Source of the DNA: Sphagnum compactum
Lineage: Eukaryota
Direction: 5' to 3'
DNA: 64,000 bases
NCBI GenBank assembly: GCA_965153455.1
Contig: OZ234493.1
Location: 3,658,001 to 3,722,000 of the forward strand
Part shown: positions 51,392-64,000 of the stretch, one piece after another
Layout: every line of letters begins with the position of its first letter
Position numbering within the stretch: the first letter of the stretch is position 1
Translations under genes and position numbers: made by a program
Notes under the pieces: generated by a model
Told to the model about the DNA's origin: nothing
The model's input: the letters and a program-made list of their open reading frames with translations, nothing else
The model's database searches: none

Positions 51392-53890
51392 TGTGAAGGG
51401 AGCAATTAGTCATGGTAATAGTTAGTTAGTATATTTCTATTTACCTAGTTACTGTTTTAGGAATTATTAATTAGACTACATAATTTTTGTCACCGATTAA
51501 ATTTGAATAGATCATAGGATTTTATTTTTTAGATGTTATATTTTGGAAGAAGGAAGAAAATGAGAGGAGATTATTCATTATCGAAGATTGAGTTTTATGG
51601 GAGTATGAAACAAGAGTGTTTTGTTTTTTGGAAAATCTTTAATTCCATAGCTAAATTTGTTCTTTTGATGTTTTGTCATGTTTTCGTGATTGGATTTTAA
51701 TTTTGAAACTATCTATGAGTAGATTTAAATGAACTAATTTTTATTAGTATTAGTTTTATGATATGTTTTATTCCAAATTTAGGTCAAAATATAGGATTAA
51801 GAATTTTGTTGAATTAGATGAAGGAGTTAGGAATTTGAACCTCAATAGAAAGTTGCATTAGAATCAACAGGTCTAATGCAAAAACATGACTTTAATACTT
51901 TGATTTTTGAAGAAGAACAGAGATTCAACATGTCAGAAAGGGAGGAAGTAGTACCAAGGTATAGATCTACTTCACCTCCTTATTATCAAAAGGACCATGA
52001 GAATGAAGAGTTTGAACAAAGAACTCAGAATTTTGAACCTTCGATTCATTATATGGTTGAGTAAGAAGCTGTAACTTATGGCATCAAAATGTCCAGAGGA
52101 GTTGAGCCAGTATTTTTAACTAGATAGGAAACTATAGTCTTATCAAAAGCAGAACCAATAATAGCAAAAGGTGTACATGTGGCTATTAGATTAAGGTATA
52201 GGTATAGTGAACCCAAACTTAATCACCAAAGTGGAAGCATTGCTAGAGGAGTCCCAAGGGATTGGAGCAAAGGAATTCATAGAATGAACGAAGTTCCATG
52301 ACCTAACCCTCCACAATGCACATATTGTCATCAGATTGGACATTAGATCAATGAATGTCCATTATTGAAAATAATGTGAGGCAAAGATCTGCTGAACATT
52401 TCTAGAATTTGAATTTAGAACTTGCAAGGGCAAAAAACCATGGACGTGTTGAGTTAGAGGATCTATACCATGAAAGGGTTAGAATTTCATATAGACTCAA
52501 AGAATGGATCTCGAGAGATAACAAAATGGAAATGAAAGCTTAGATTATGGCAGATATAGTACCTATTTCTGTAGCTCTTGCACCAAATATGTTACATCAT
52601 AACAGTGTTGGAATTACTTATGTACGAGCTTCTAATCTTAGAATGGAACCAGTAAGATCTATACCATTATATTTTGTGGCCATGCTTCAATCTATGGTTA
52701 CAGTTACTGAAGCTCCATTTGTAATAGCACCAACCCATACTGTTGTTGGTATGAGATTTAGACCACAAACTTAGGGTAACACAACTTGTCAATGTGCATA
52801 GAGAGATGCCCAAAGAGTTGAACAAAGTTTTTGCTAGACAACCATCATATTCGGGAGGAGGAGGATCAAGACCACCAGAACCACCAAGACCTCTAGGACC
52901 TTTAGGCTATTTTGGATTGCCAATGATGAATCCAGGTAGACTACCATTACCACCAAACAAGCCTTATCCTCGGCCACTTAACTACCCTGAGTATGTGAAG
53001 AATTCTAACCCAGATGCTCATGTTAAAGTTTTTAAGACTACCATTAAAGCAAATGGTGAAATAGAAGATGTAAAACGTGTTAATATGTTTAGTTTTACCC
53101 TCAAAGATACTATGTCTAACTAGTGTAATAATTACATGGGAGATTACCTAGAATGTATTTTTGCAGAATTATAGTTAGTTTTTTATAAACGATTCAGAAT
53201 AATTCAAAATGATGAGCAAGTCTATCTACAGTTGAAAGACATGAAGTAGGAGATGAATGACAAAACGAGAGTTTATTATGAGAAATTATTGAAGTTAGCC
53301 AATAGTCTTCAACACAGGACAATAAATAGTTTCCTAACTATTGTTTTCATATCTAGATTACAACCATATTTGCGTGTAGCAACAACATGCATGAAGAGAG
53401 AAACCATGTAGTAGCATAAGGAAGGAGCTTTGGTTTGTGAAGAAGGAATTTTTGAAGTAGAAGTTATAAGTAATTTATCAATACCACAAAATAGTAAAAC
53501 AATATTAGTTCAAAAACCTCAAATTGTTCTAGAGAAAACATGAATGTATTCTACAAACTATCACAGAACAAATCATAATGTTGAAACATGTAAAATCAAA
53601 GATAGGAAGAATCTATTCTTGTAGTTTCTAAGGTTACCACTTAACAAATGAAAGTATAGAGACTTGTGAGGTATTCTTGTCATATCTATGGTGACATTGG
53701 ACACAAGATCATAAATTGTCATGAGTATAGTGACATGTAGAATATGTTTAAGAACAAAGGAGTGAAGACTACAGAGAAACCATATGTCGTGAAGCCCAAG
53801 GTTGCCAATCCTTCAGTTCATATAGTTGATGTCAACATGGCTATTACCAAGAGAAAGGTTATTGAAGAGCAAGTTTTCAAGGACAAAGGT
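51392..53890 (+). mobile_element. Degenerate Ty3/gypsy-like retrotransposon relic (probable LTR plus gag)
   Basis: Starts TGTGAAGGG exactly where LRR homology ends. Decayed gag-like text LNYPEYVKNSNPDAHVKVFKTTIKANGE..NMFSFTLKD..YYEKLLKLANSLQH and CCHC-like knuckles, with many stops. No pol or second LTR found. Confidence 0.65.
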
Positions 53891-54529
53891 CACCTGGACG
53901 CATTTTAAATTCTAATGAACACAATTGAAGACTATTGTTTATATTGTAATCACATAGAAATTCAAAGTGAAGATGTGGTTGTATCAATATTTTGCGAATT
54001 ATCGGAATGACACAGGAAACCCTAATTGGTAAAAGTTGTGGGTAGAAGGTAGATTATATTCTTGTGACTCTTGAAAAAATAGAACAATGAAGTTTTAATT
54101 GGATTTATCATTTATGAGTACTAGTTTTGTCTCCAGCGAAATGTCGAAGATTTAGCAAATGAAAGCTAGAAGAAGAAGCAAGAGAAGGCTTTGAGGAGAT
54201 TTGCGAATCTATTTGGCGTGTCTCCTCTGTTTGTTGTCACTACTAGAAATTTGCCATTTTGCAACTGCCGTATGCAACTGGTTTGGTTGCATTTTCAGTT
54301 GCATGCGACACATGCAACTGCAAATTCGCCTAGTTGCATAAAACCAGTTGCAGGCGCTTTTAGTTGCATGTCACAGTACGTATATGAACAAGTATATACG
54401 GTTGGGTTATACGGTTTCATCCACCCATATTCTATACCTACGGTTGTAAGTGCGACTACATGCAATTACACGGGTTGCGTTCACACTGCGTTACATGCAA
54501 ATTAGCTCACCCAATTGTATGCGAACACG

Positions 54530-55620
54530 TGTAGGGTTAGGGTTAGGGTTTTTCATCGGACCGTTTATAGTGCGCCACGTGGTAGCACAAAAATCGTTAG
54601 ATTTAGTTGCATATGCAACTGCTGACCCATGTTTTACGGTTAGGATTAGGGTTTTTTCATCGGACCGTTTACAGTGCACCACGTGCCAGCACAACAACCG
54701 TTAGATTTAGTTGCATATGCAACTGCTGACCCATGTTTTAGGGTTAGGGTTGGGGTTTTTCATCGGACCGTTTATAGTGCGCCACGTGGTAGCACAACAA
54801 CCGTTAGATTTAGTTGCATACGCAACTGCTAACCCATGTTTTAGGAATAGGGTTAGGGTTAGGGTTTTTTCATCGGACCATTTACAGTGCGCCACGTGCC
54901 AGCACAACAACCGTTAGATTTAGTTGCATATGCAACTGCTGACCCATGTTTTAAGGTTACGGTTAGGGTTGGGGTTTTTTCATCAGACCGTTTACAGTGC
55001 GCCACGTGCCAGCACAACAACCGTTAGATTTAGTTGCGTATGCAATTGCTGTCCCATGTTTTAGGGTTAGGGTTAGGATTGGGGTTTTTCATCGGACCGT
55101 TTATAGTGCGCTACGTGGCAGCACAACAACCGTTAGATTTAGTTGCATATGCAACTGCTGACCCATGTTTTAGGATTAGGGTTAGGCACATGAATTTTTC
55201 ATCAGATCGTTTATAGTGCGCCACGTGGCAGCACAACAACCGTTAGATTTAGTTGCATATGCAACTGCTAACCCATGTTTTAGGAATAGGGTTAGGGTTA
55301 GGGTTTTTTCATCGGACCGTTTACAGTGCGCCACGTGGCAGCATAACAACCGTTAGATTTAGTTGCATATGCAACTGCTGACCCATGTTTTAGGGTTAGG
55401 GTTTTTCACCAGACCGGTTGTAGTGCGCCACGTGGCAGTACAACAACCGTTAGATTTAGTTGCATAGGCAACTGGTGAGTTCCAGATGCAACTGCTGAGT
55501 TGCATATGCAACTGCTGACCTATGTTTTAGGGTTACGTTTAGGGTTAGGGTTTTCCATCATATAGGTTAAATATGTTTTAGGGTTAGGGTTTAGGGTTAG
55601 GATTAGGGTTTAGGGTTATG
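54530..55620. repeat. ~105-110-bp subterminal tandem array (about 9 units) with TTAGGG/TTTAGGG tracts
   Basis: CATCGGACCG-like cores at ~54554, 54658, 54761, 54871, 54981, 55090, 55200, 55310 and 55407. Units contain GCCACGTG, AGTTGCATATGCAACT and TAGGGTTAGGGTT variants. Confidence 0.92.
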
Positions 55621-56034
55621 ATGTATCAGGATTAGTAGCATTAACCATTGCCACATTAGCATTAGGAGCACACCTACACCTAGTTTAACTAATGTACATT
55701 ATACATATCAGGTCTCTATTATATTCCTCTAATGCTGAAAAATCAACCAATAAATATTACACACATAGATTTGTGATTTGTAATTTTGCATGTAACAAAT
55801 CTGCAGTTACTTAACCAACAAATTACCCTTTGTCATAACATTGAAATTCCATCCAATGGGGTTTAATGGCCATTGTTCCAATTACAACAACCAGGAATCC
55901 ATCACTCTATCAGGTCTATTAAACCTGACAATGTCTAAAATATCATTGACACCCAAAAAAGGCCATAACTACTCAAAATATGTTGGTTTTAGAATTCAAA
56001 AATCAACTAGCTCCCGACCTATAGTGCCCCTAAC

Positions 56035-59000
56035 TTAAGCATGCTTTCGCATTAGACGACCTTCCCATACAATGCTTGAACCTATTACATCCTTTAACAC
56101 ACATTGTGGGGGATCATCATTCTCATTTGGCACCAACAACGGGGTGTTGCCTTTACCTGCCACAATTTCACTTAACTGGACTCGGAACCATGACTCCTTG
56201 ACTGGCACCCCATGGTGGACACATCCTTGTCCTCCAACACTTGTTATCAGCCCCTTCGCTACAACCTCCGCATCAAGGTTACATAAGACAATTGCTTCCC
56301 CTACTTTAAACTGCACATCAACCAATAAAGAACCTTCATTCAATTTACCATGAGCAACCGATTTAGGAAAATGGAAATTTTGTTACAATATTGTGTCAAA
56401 CAGGGCATTTGTGTTCCCTAGTTATAAATCATAGATACTCAAGAGCATGTTGGTATTAACTTACCTGTTGCCTTGCCTTCTCTCCTACATTCCCCACCCT
56501 TGCACCAATATTAGAGCGTAGCCGACTGCTCACACCTCCTTTAGGTGCTGGCATACTTGCTGCCTTTTTTTGCACTTTCTGCCACACCAAATCCATCAAT
56601 GAATACAAATGTGAAACCATGTCAATGATTTCCCTTGAAGCTTGTATGCACCTAGACCCCAAACAATGTGGGTATGTTCTTAATCTTTAGATTGTAACAG
56701 AAAGAACAACAAATCTAGCTTCCACAATCTAACTTATGTCCTATTTTAGCCATGTAGTTCGTGCAATTCCCAACATCCCACACATATGCCACATTTGATA
56801 TACACTGCAAAAGTACTCCCACAATTGAACAATCCACAGCATTTCGTAGACTCTAACTTTAATGTGTTGGTCATGTTGGGCACTTAGATCGTACCTTTGA
56901 GGGTGGGCGTTGGCGGTTGATCTCATCTACACAGTCACCGCCTTTGCAAGCTACTCCAACTTCTTTGTCCTTCCCTGACATATTAGGATTCTGCCCCATA
57001 TCCTCTCCTATTAGCACATAGTTGGGGATATCGTCTCCTACTAGCACATAGTTGGGGACATGTGAAGGGACAACACCATCCACTTGTTGGCCCACCCCTT
57101 TTCCTGTAGAGATATGATCGGCTTTTGGAGCTAATTGTGTGGCACTCTCAACCACTGTTGTGCCTGACCCTCGTCCATCATGATCTGAATGAAGAACCTC
57201 ATGCAGGCTCTTTGCAACACCAAGAATCTCAGGGGATTCGGTCCTTGAAGGAACATCTACCTCTTCAATGTTTACAGTGGCTGCAACAGTTTTGGGGATT
57301 CTCACATTCACACCATCTTCTCGACATGCTAGCAATTGTTGCATGAAATCTTCTACCTTAGCATTCAATTTATCCATCCCTTCAATAACTTGGGAAACTT
57401 GGCCACTCATCTCTGGCAGCTTCTTTTCAATGGCAGTCATTCGAGAAAACAAACTGGGAGATTATGATGCCTGCCCAATAAACCCATCAAAAGATCCTTA
57501 CAATGACAACATAAGTATTCCACCTACTAATTACTATCAAACTCATGAAGGCAGAAATAAAAATGAATATCTAGTCCAGAACAAATCAGAAACTAATGAG
57601 GTTCAATCAATGCAAGTGGTTGCAGATTGAGCCGGGCTGCAAATCATGAGTAGCTCGATTCATTCAGCTGGCGAGTGGCACTTGCAAGCTAGTGCCGCGA
57701 GCTGGGAAAAGAATACCAGGATCTCTCACCATGATATATTCCAAACTCTACAAAAGAAGCAGCCACTAGAGCGGGCATCCAGAAAGACCCAAAGTTCCAA
57801 AATTCTCAAATGCAAGGAGATCATGTACACAAGACCTTTTAATTCCGCAAGCAACAAAACAAGAACTGCAGCAAATGCTGCACCAGAAAGAATAATAAAA
57901 CACAAAATGCAGGTCTCCTTGATTCTGTGCAAAGCTGCCATCAACCTGATCATCATCTCTGAATAGCTGCTGGTACTGCAAAACGAACCACCACTTACAC
58001 AAAAACAAAAAAACAAAAGAAATCAAAAATGAAATAAGAAATGAAAAGGAAAAACCTAAAAAAGAAAGAGGAGCTCCTATGTGAAGAGATTAGCTAAATA
58101 GACCGCAGAATTTGTACCCGAGGGGATACCGATGCAACATCTATACACACGTTAGCCAAAACAAAGAAATAAATTGTCTAATCTAAAATCTAACCAAGAG
58201 ATCAAATCTACAGCCTTTGCAACTTCGAAGCCTTTTCAAAGTTGCAGGGGCATCAGATTTGATCTCTTGGCTGGATGTTTAAACAATTTTGATCTATGCT
58301 TTAGCCTCTGGTGTGATTTGAAACCTTTTTTGAAGAGAAGCCATTAAAAGTTCAATTAAGCTTGGGGAATGAATTAGAGTGTTTGCCACTGCCAATAGAG
58401 TCCTTGGGAGCATTGAACAAACATTAGACCTCATAAGGCACCTGAAAGATATTGAATTCATATGTGAAGAGGTGAAACTAAAATGATTGTATAATCAGTA
58501 CTCAGTGGGCATCCAATGGTTGCTTAAGGACTAACTGACCAAATATGAGGAACAAGTTATCTACGAGGAAATCTAGCCAAGAAGATAAAATCTGAAGTTT
58601 CTGCTACATTGACAACATAGAACTCAACTTATCCTTGAATCCACAGGGTCATTATGCCACAGGTGACACAGTACCTGATGATATCATTTCCAGGACAGAT
58701 ACTAGTAAAAGTAGTGAGGGGATGTCACTTGGTAAGCTGTTTGGAAAGGCTACACCAGCTTCTGCTGATGATGGTACTGCTTTAGCAGACTTTCTGGTTG
58801 AGGTAGGCCATGCAATACCAGTGCTAATCACATCCCCTCAATCAACCATAACCAAGACAGAAAGGGAAAGGACAGGGAAAGACAAATGAAACAGCTAGGA
58901 AAACTCACTGGGTACCCAGGTGTGCCACTAGATTCTAGTCCCACAGCAGCCATCTCAGATATTGATGGGCTTCGGCGATGCCTGGATTTCTGCATTCACC

Positions 59001-62000
59001 CATTTTAGACATCATTCAGTGCTCAGCATTGTATGTGGCATGTGAGTGCATAATAACTTCAACATATTGTAATTTCCATTTGGCCATCACAACGGAGTAG
59101 GGTTTTAGGGTTAACTTGCCAATTTTGCTTCTATAGCTGCCTTACCACCATGCCCAAGGTGGCTTACATTTGTAACTGCCCCTCTTGCACCAACCATGTG
59201 TTCACTTTTATTCTTGGTCTCACGTTGTTGCCAATATGTCACTAATTTCTCCCATTGTTCTCGGTCCACTTCAAGTGGGCAGGCTTTGGCACCTTTCTAT
59301 GCATACCTTCTTTTTAAGCGTGCTCTTTCTCCTTTCATATATCGCCTTACACAATCCCTAAAGCCAACCCCACTTAATTCACCACCTACATATTCAAATC
59401 TCCCATCCAATTGCAACCGGAGTCTAGCCATGTCTACAGGGTCCTGTTCTGTAACCCTAACCACTGCCATGTTCAAAATCCGAGGTGCTAGCGACCTAAT
59501 CGCACCATCCCATGCATCCTTCCCTTCACATGCACCATCAATTTTGCCATGCCTTGTCACTTGCACCTTATGGCCTGGCAAGCCTTTCTCCTTTCGTTCT
59601 TGGGCTTCAAATTCTATAGCTCGCTTTGAAGCCCGTCGTTGCATACCCCTTTCAGCGAAAACCTTGGGCTGGGCATCTACTTCTATTTCATTGTCCAAGG
59701 CCATGTCTGGTGCTTGCCCGCCCATGGGTGAATGTGGTTGCACCCTTTGACATAGCCCCTGATCACACACACCCCCTCCTTCACCCCATGTTGATTCATA
59801 CATGTTGCTTGGAGCCCTTCCACAAGTGGCACAACAGTTTGTAAGTCCCTTGTGCCCAGGGCTCAATCTTACCTTCCAATTAGGACATTGTGACACTTGG
59901 CAAGAACTCCACTGTCTTGTGCGCCCACATTGTCCAGCATTCCATGTGCATTCTGAACTTCCAACACCATGTTTACATGCCTGATTATTGCACCTTGCAA
60001 AGTCACCACCATGCTTGCGACTTTGTACTGCTGCCTATGTGGTCTTTTGTAGCCTAGTGGCATTCACCATATCGACAAGTGGTGGGGTTTCAACCCGAGC
60101 TTTCTTTGATGTTGCTTTCTTTTCTCAAGCACACACACAACACATTATACATAGGGAATGGGTAGAAGCTAGGAAAACATACAGTCTGCTCATATATTGT
60201 CAACATGAGACATGTAAATTCCAAAAAAATAGAGATTCGTAAATCAAAAACAGAATTGGTGAGCTTTTCCAATGTTCGAGCTTCTCTTACATGCTCTTAG
60301 GATCTTGCAAAGACTGAGCTACAGGTCTGACCATCATATAGCACTTAACTGGAACCAGTGTTACGGATTACATAGATGACACCTCTATATGAAACAGAAC
60401 AAATTTTGGCAACAAGTTTGAGGTGCTTTTGCCTTAACCTTCTAAGCCTGTTGAGAGACTTTAATTAACCCTTTACAGAACACAGCATGATCAGCAAATT
60501 TTTGAAAGAAAACCACTTCATATTTGCATTACTGAAATCATGGAGATTTATAAGATTATTTCTGGACATGAAAGAAAACCTGATACAAAAGAAAAACTCT
60601 GATGAACAAAAAAGGCACAATTCTAGATCTTAACTGAAAGCTTGAAGACACTCTGGATAAAGGCAATAATTTCCAAGAACAGTGATAGACTTTGCAAGCT
60701 CTGAATTTAAAGAAACTATTACAAGCTCAAGCAAAAATCTCCAATCTTGATAAAGGAAATTAAAAAAAAGTGTACTACCGAGACCCCTACAACACCACAG
60801 ACCCATGTGTCTCGAATACGGAAGTGGTCCAATGCACACCTACTGGATCCATCATTGGCTTGTGAGTTCTCCATCCCTTTCTACACCATGTTTAATACCA
60901 GCAACCTCAACCTCTGTACAAAGAAGAATCAGAAGAGGTTTGAACCAGTAAGGAAGCATGAGTCCTCTTCTGTACAAACAAAAGAACTTTGGCCTTCCAC
61001 TCACTTAATACATGGCCAACATCAAGACCGAAAACAGAAGGAGAAAACTCAGCATTCTACTATGATTGACACTGTAAATAACATAAATTACCCCCTTATC
61101 TGAAAACGGACAGAGGCTAGTTGAAGAATTAAGGTGTTATTGCCTAAGCCTTCTATCATAGTTGAGAGACTTAATGTTGAAGACAGACAAATGAGTATTG
61201 GCAATTACCTTTTTAACTGGGCCCCATTTTATGTTTCCATTTCCAAATTTATGGAGCTTATGTGCTGTAACATGTAAACCCACAAGACAATACTAGATGT
61301 TCTACAAGTGGCTATCTCTAATGTGCAGTTTAAGAGCCAGTAAGCACATATCAGTTCTCCTATAACAAACGGGGCATTTGGATCGTAAGACAAGCACGCA
61401 ACCCCTAAAGAAAAAAGTGATTTGCAAACTCATCAGGGAGACAATTCTAGGATCATTAATTATACTTCTTCACATTCTTCAGGCACAAAATCCCACAGAG
61501 CATCACATCTCTTTACAGTGTGGCTTGTGCAGTTGGAACATAATCTTGACAATAATACATCTACAGTCAAGACCAATGTCACTGCTTCTTGAGGAATCTT
61601 GGAGGGGGATAAAATGCAGCATTCAGTTTAGATATGATGTCAGAAGAGAAAGAAAAGAAGAAAGTTCTGTTTGTCTCTGTTTGTGTTATATCAAACTAGA
61701 TGGTGAATGCAAAACAGGTGTGCACCAAGTCCACAAATGATAAGGAAGAGAGTGGTTGATCAGATCACTAGCAAAAAATCCATCTGTCAAGAATAAACCA
61801 GAAAAAAGATCTCTGAAAATCTTTAAGGAATCTGTAAGGAAACAATACACTACTGCAACAAAAACATGACGTTTGGATGATTGGATTGTTGGAAAAAATA
61901 ATCATTCACACATGAGATTGCATCAAAAAACACAAAATCACACACACCAGACTGCAGGAAAACACAAAATTGCACACCAGAAAAAAAATCACATACCAGG

Positions 62001-63316
62001 CTACCAAAATCAGACACCCAAATTGCAGCAAAAGACACAAAATCACATAGTACCAGATTGCAGAAAAAAACACACAGCAGACATAGAGGGAGGGAGCTCG
62101 GGGCACAGAGTCAGGTTGAGTCACAAAGCCTGTGGGGGGGAGTCTTTTTAATGTTTGTTAACATTTTACCAGAATTTGTTTGTCTGTTTTGTTGTAGATC
62201 TTGCCTACATGTTTTTATTCTGCTTTAGTTTCATTTGCTAGAATAAACTTCAACTCAATATGGACTAGCAAGGCTCATATAGGACCAGTCAAAAATTTCA
62301 CAGATATTGTGCCTTCAATAATGTTGTTACTTTTAGTATCTTTGACATCAAAATGGACCTCAGAAATAATATTTGATGGGGGGGGAGGGGTACATTACAT
62401 TTGGTGTGGGGGTCCGTTTGCTAGGTGCCTTATTCTGTTCCTTCATAACTGAAGATGCAACTGGCAGCTCAGAACCTTCTGACTCCTCTGCTTCAGAGTT
62501 GTAGTCGCTGCTACATGAAGTGTCGCATTCACTAGATGCTGCTGATGTCGACGACCCTTCCTCTTCCACCACATGACGATGTGGTTTTCCAGCATTCCTA
62601 GTGCTCCTCCTCTTGCTTTGGTGTCCAAGTGTTCTCCCATCCACCACCTTTTGGGTGGACTTCTTATTTGTCTTCTTCCTCCCTTGCATGGTTGCTGAGT
62701 CCATGAAGTGACGACTGCCAAGTGACCGAGTGTTTCCAAAATACAGCAAAGGAGTAATTAGTTTGGACTAAGACTGTCTCAATAAGCACATGACCACTAA
62801 CTAGCATACAAACCTAATTTTAAGCTATGCATGTAGTAAATGATCACCAGGAACCCTATTTCATGGTAGCACCGAACACATCGATTTCAAACCCTAAACC
62901 CTAACCCCATGAAAAATTAGAATAGATTGGAATTTGGAGAGTAGCTACAATCTAACACTAGAACAAAGATTATTGAAGCGTGTTCAAACTATTTGCGTAT
63001 ACACAAAACTCACGCACGTAGTCGGACTTCCAAACTTTTTCATACAGTGCAGGCAATGGAGATTGCACGATCCACTACTGAATTCTGTATGGTCCTCTCC
63101 ATTTATGCATGTGAAAACAAGTCTAAGAAGAACTCACAATTCTTGTGCGCTTCCTTCAACTTCTGCAAGTCGTTGTTTGAGTTGAGCAACGCGCTTGTTA
63201 CGTGCTAAAATGTAGGGGTTTAGCGTTGTTTCTTCGGGATCAGTATCCACCGTTCCTGAATCGTGACCCACTGTACCATCAGCATCACTGATGACTGCAT
63301 TTTCGTCACGCTCCAT
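56035..63316 (-). pseudogene. Multi-exon TnpA-like (Ptta/Tnp1 En/Spm) gene, disrupted
   Basis: Exon 63316-63138 (NPYILARNKRVAQLK) splices in frame to 62714. Region ~60030-59116 encodes ..RDCVRRYMKGERARLKRRYA*KGAKACPLEVDREQWEKLVTYWQQRETKNKSEHM (Ptta-like, TAG at 59297-59299). The last exon 56035-56343 (VVAKGLI..HHGVPV..WFRVQL..PL..P..LKDVIGSSIVW) is Tnp1/En/Spm-like. Full exon set not resolved. Confidence 0.7.
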
Positions 63317-64000
63317 CTGTACCTTACTCAAACAACTAGCCTTATGTTGGTCTTGCCTTAGAAATGCTAATTGTTATGGTATGCCACAAGCCTCCCCAAT
63401 GCTTCTACTCTTCCAAGTCTAGAAAAATTGGTTTTCTTAGAAAGCCTGACAACCTTTGCAGTTTGAACTTGAACATGTTGAGCCCACACACAAGCATTTA
63501 GTAGCTGCAAATTCCCCAGTGTAGTACAAACCCTCATTTATTATGGGGTACCTTTTAGAAAGTTACAACCAGTTTTATTTCTTTACAAGGGTGTGAATAG
63601 GAGCCTAACAAGGAGCATGTTTTGCACATTAGGCTGATACTTCTGATTTTTCAGTCTGTAAAGTTCATGCAGTTTGTAGCAGTTTGTAGTTCATCAGTAT
63701 ATGAAATGTGTGAGTTTAGAGCTAGTTCAAAAATCAATACTTGGCAAATAAATTGGAGAAACAGACCGGTTCCGACAAATGACAAGGATGATTTCAAAGA
63801 GCAGTAGTAGCCACCCACCCATGGTGAAAGTTTCTTTCATCTTCCCTTTCAAATTTTGTTTCCCTGCATTATACTCTTGCACCTGCACATCTTCAAATGC
63901 AATCCTTTGAAAGTTTCTGCAAGAAAGTGCATATGCGCATAACACTTCATCATGATATGTGCATGTGATGTTCCGGTTTGCTCAGCTCTACATACTGTTT

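Larger units (their letters stand above)
54238..64000 (-). mobile_element. Large CACTA (En/Spm) element; the other end probably lies beyond the window
   Basis: Terminus CACTACTAGAAATTTGCCATTTTGCAACT at 54238, then subterminal repeats and a TnpA-like gene reading towards this end. Right extent is inferred. Confidence 0.75.

Noticed and set aside
55570-55620. True telomere or chromosome-fusion scar
   Set aside because: Short, mixed tracts embedded in a CACTA subterminal array, with no head-to-head inversion.
63790-63920. Exon-like segment on the minus strand near the window end
   Set aside because: Splice signals are plausible, but the peptide is unrecognisable and its context lies outside the window.

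Overview
Eukaryotic, AT-rich, intron-containing, transposon-dense plant DNA. The gene and repeat content suggests a bryophyte, possibly a peat moss (inference). The main host gene is a five-exon NLR immune-receptor gene (43085-49459, +). It encodes a putative N-terminal membrane anchor, a SERAC1/PGAP1-like alpha/beta-hydrolase, a TNL-type NB-ARC and an LRR region built from about 31.5 near-identical 144-bp units (about 63 LRRs). Variation among these units is concentrated in the exposed beta-strand positions. The last ~14 units are out of frame and end at a Ty3/gypsy-like relic. Other contents: a complete young Ty1/copia element with a half-tRNA primer site (13613-18460), a complete pogo-like DD37D transposon (26166-28898), several CACTA elements (one carrying a TnpA-like gene and telomere-like subterminal repeats), a two-exon MINPP phosphatase fragment, a Harbinger relic and several tandem arrays. 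No rRNA, tRNA or CRISPR feature was seen. All family assignments come from motif recognition by eye; no searches were run.
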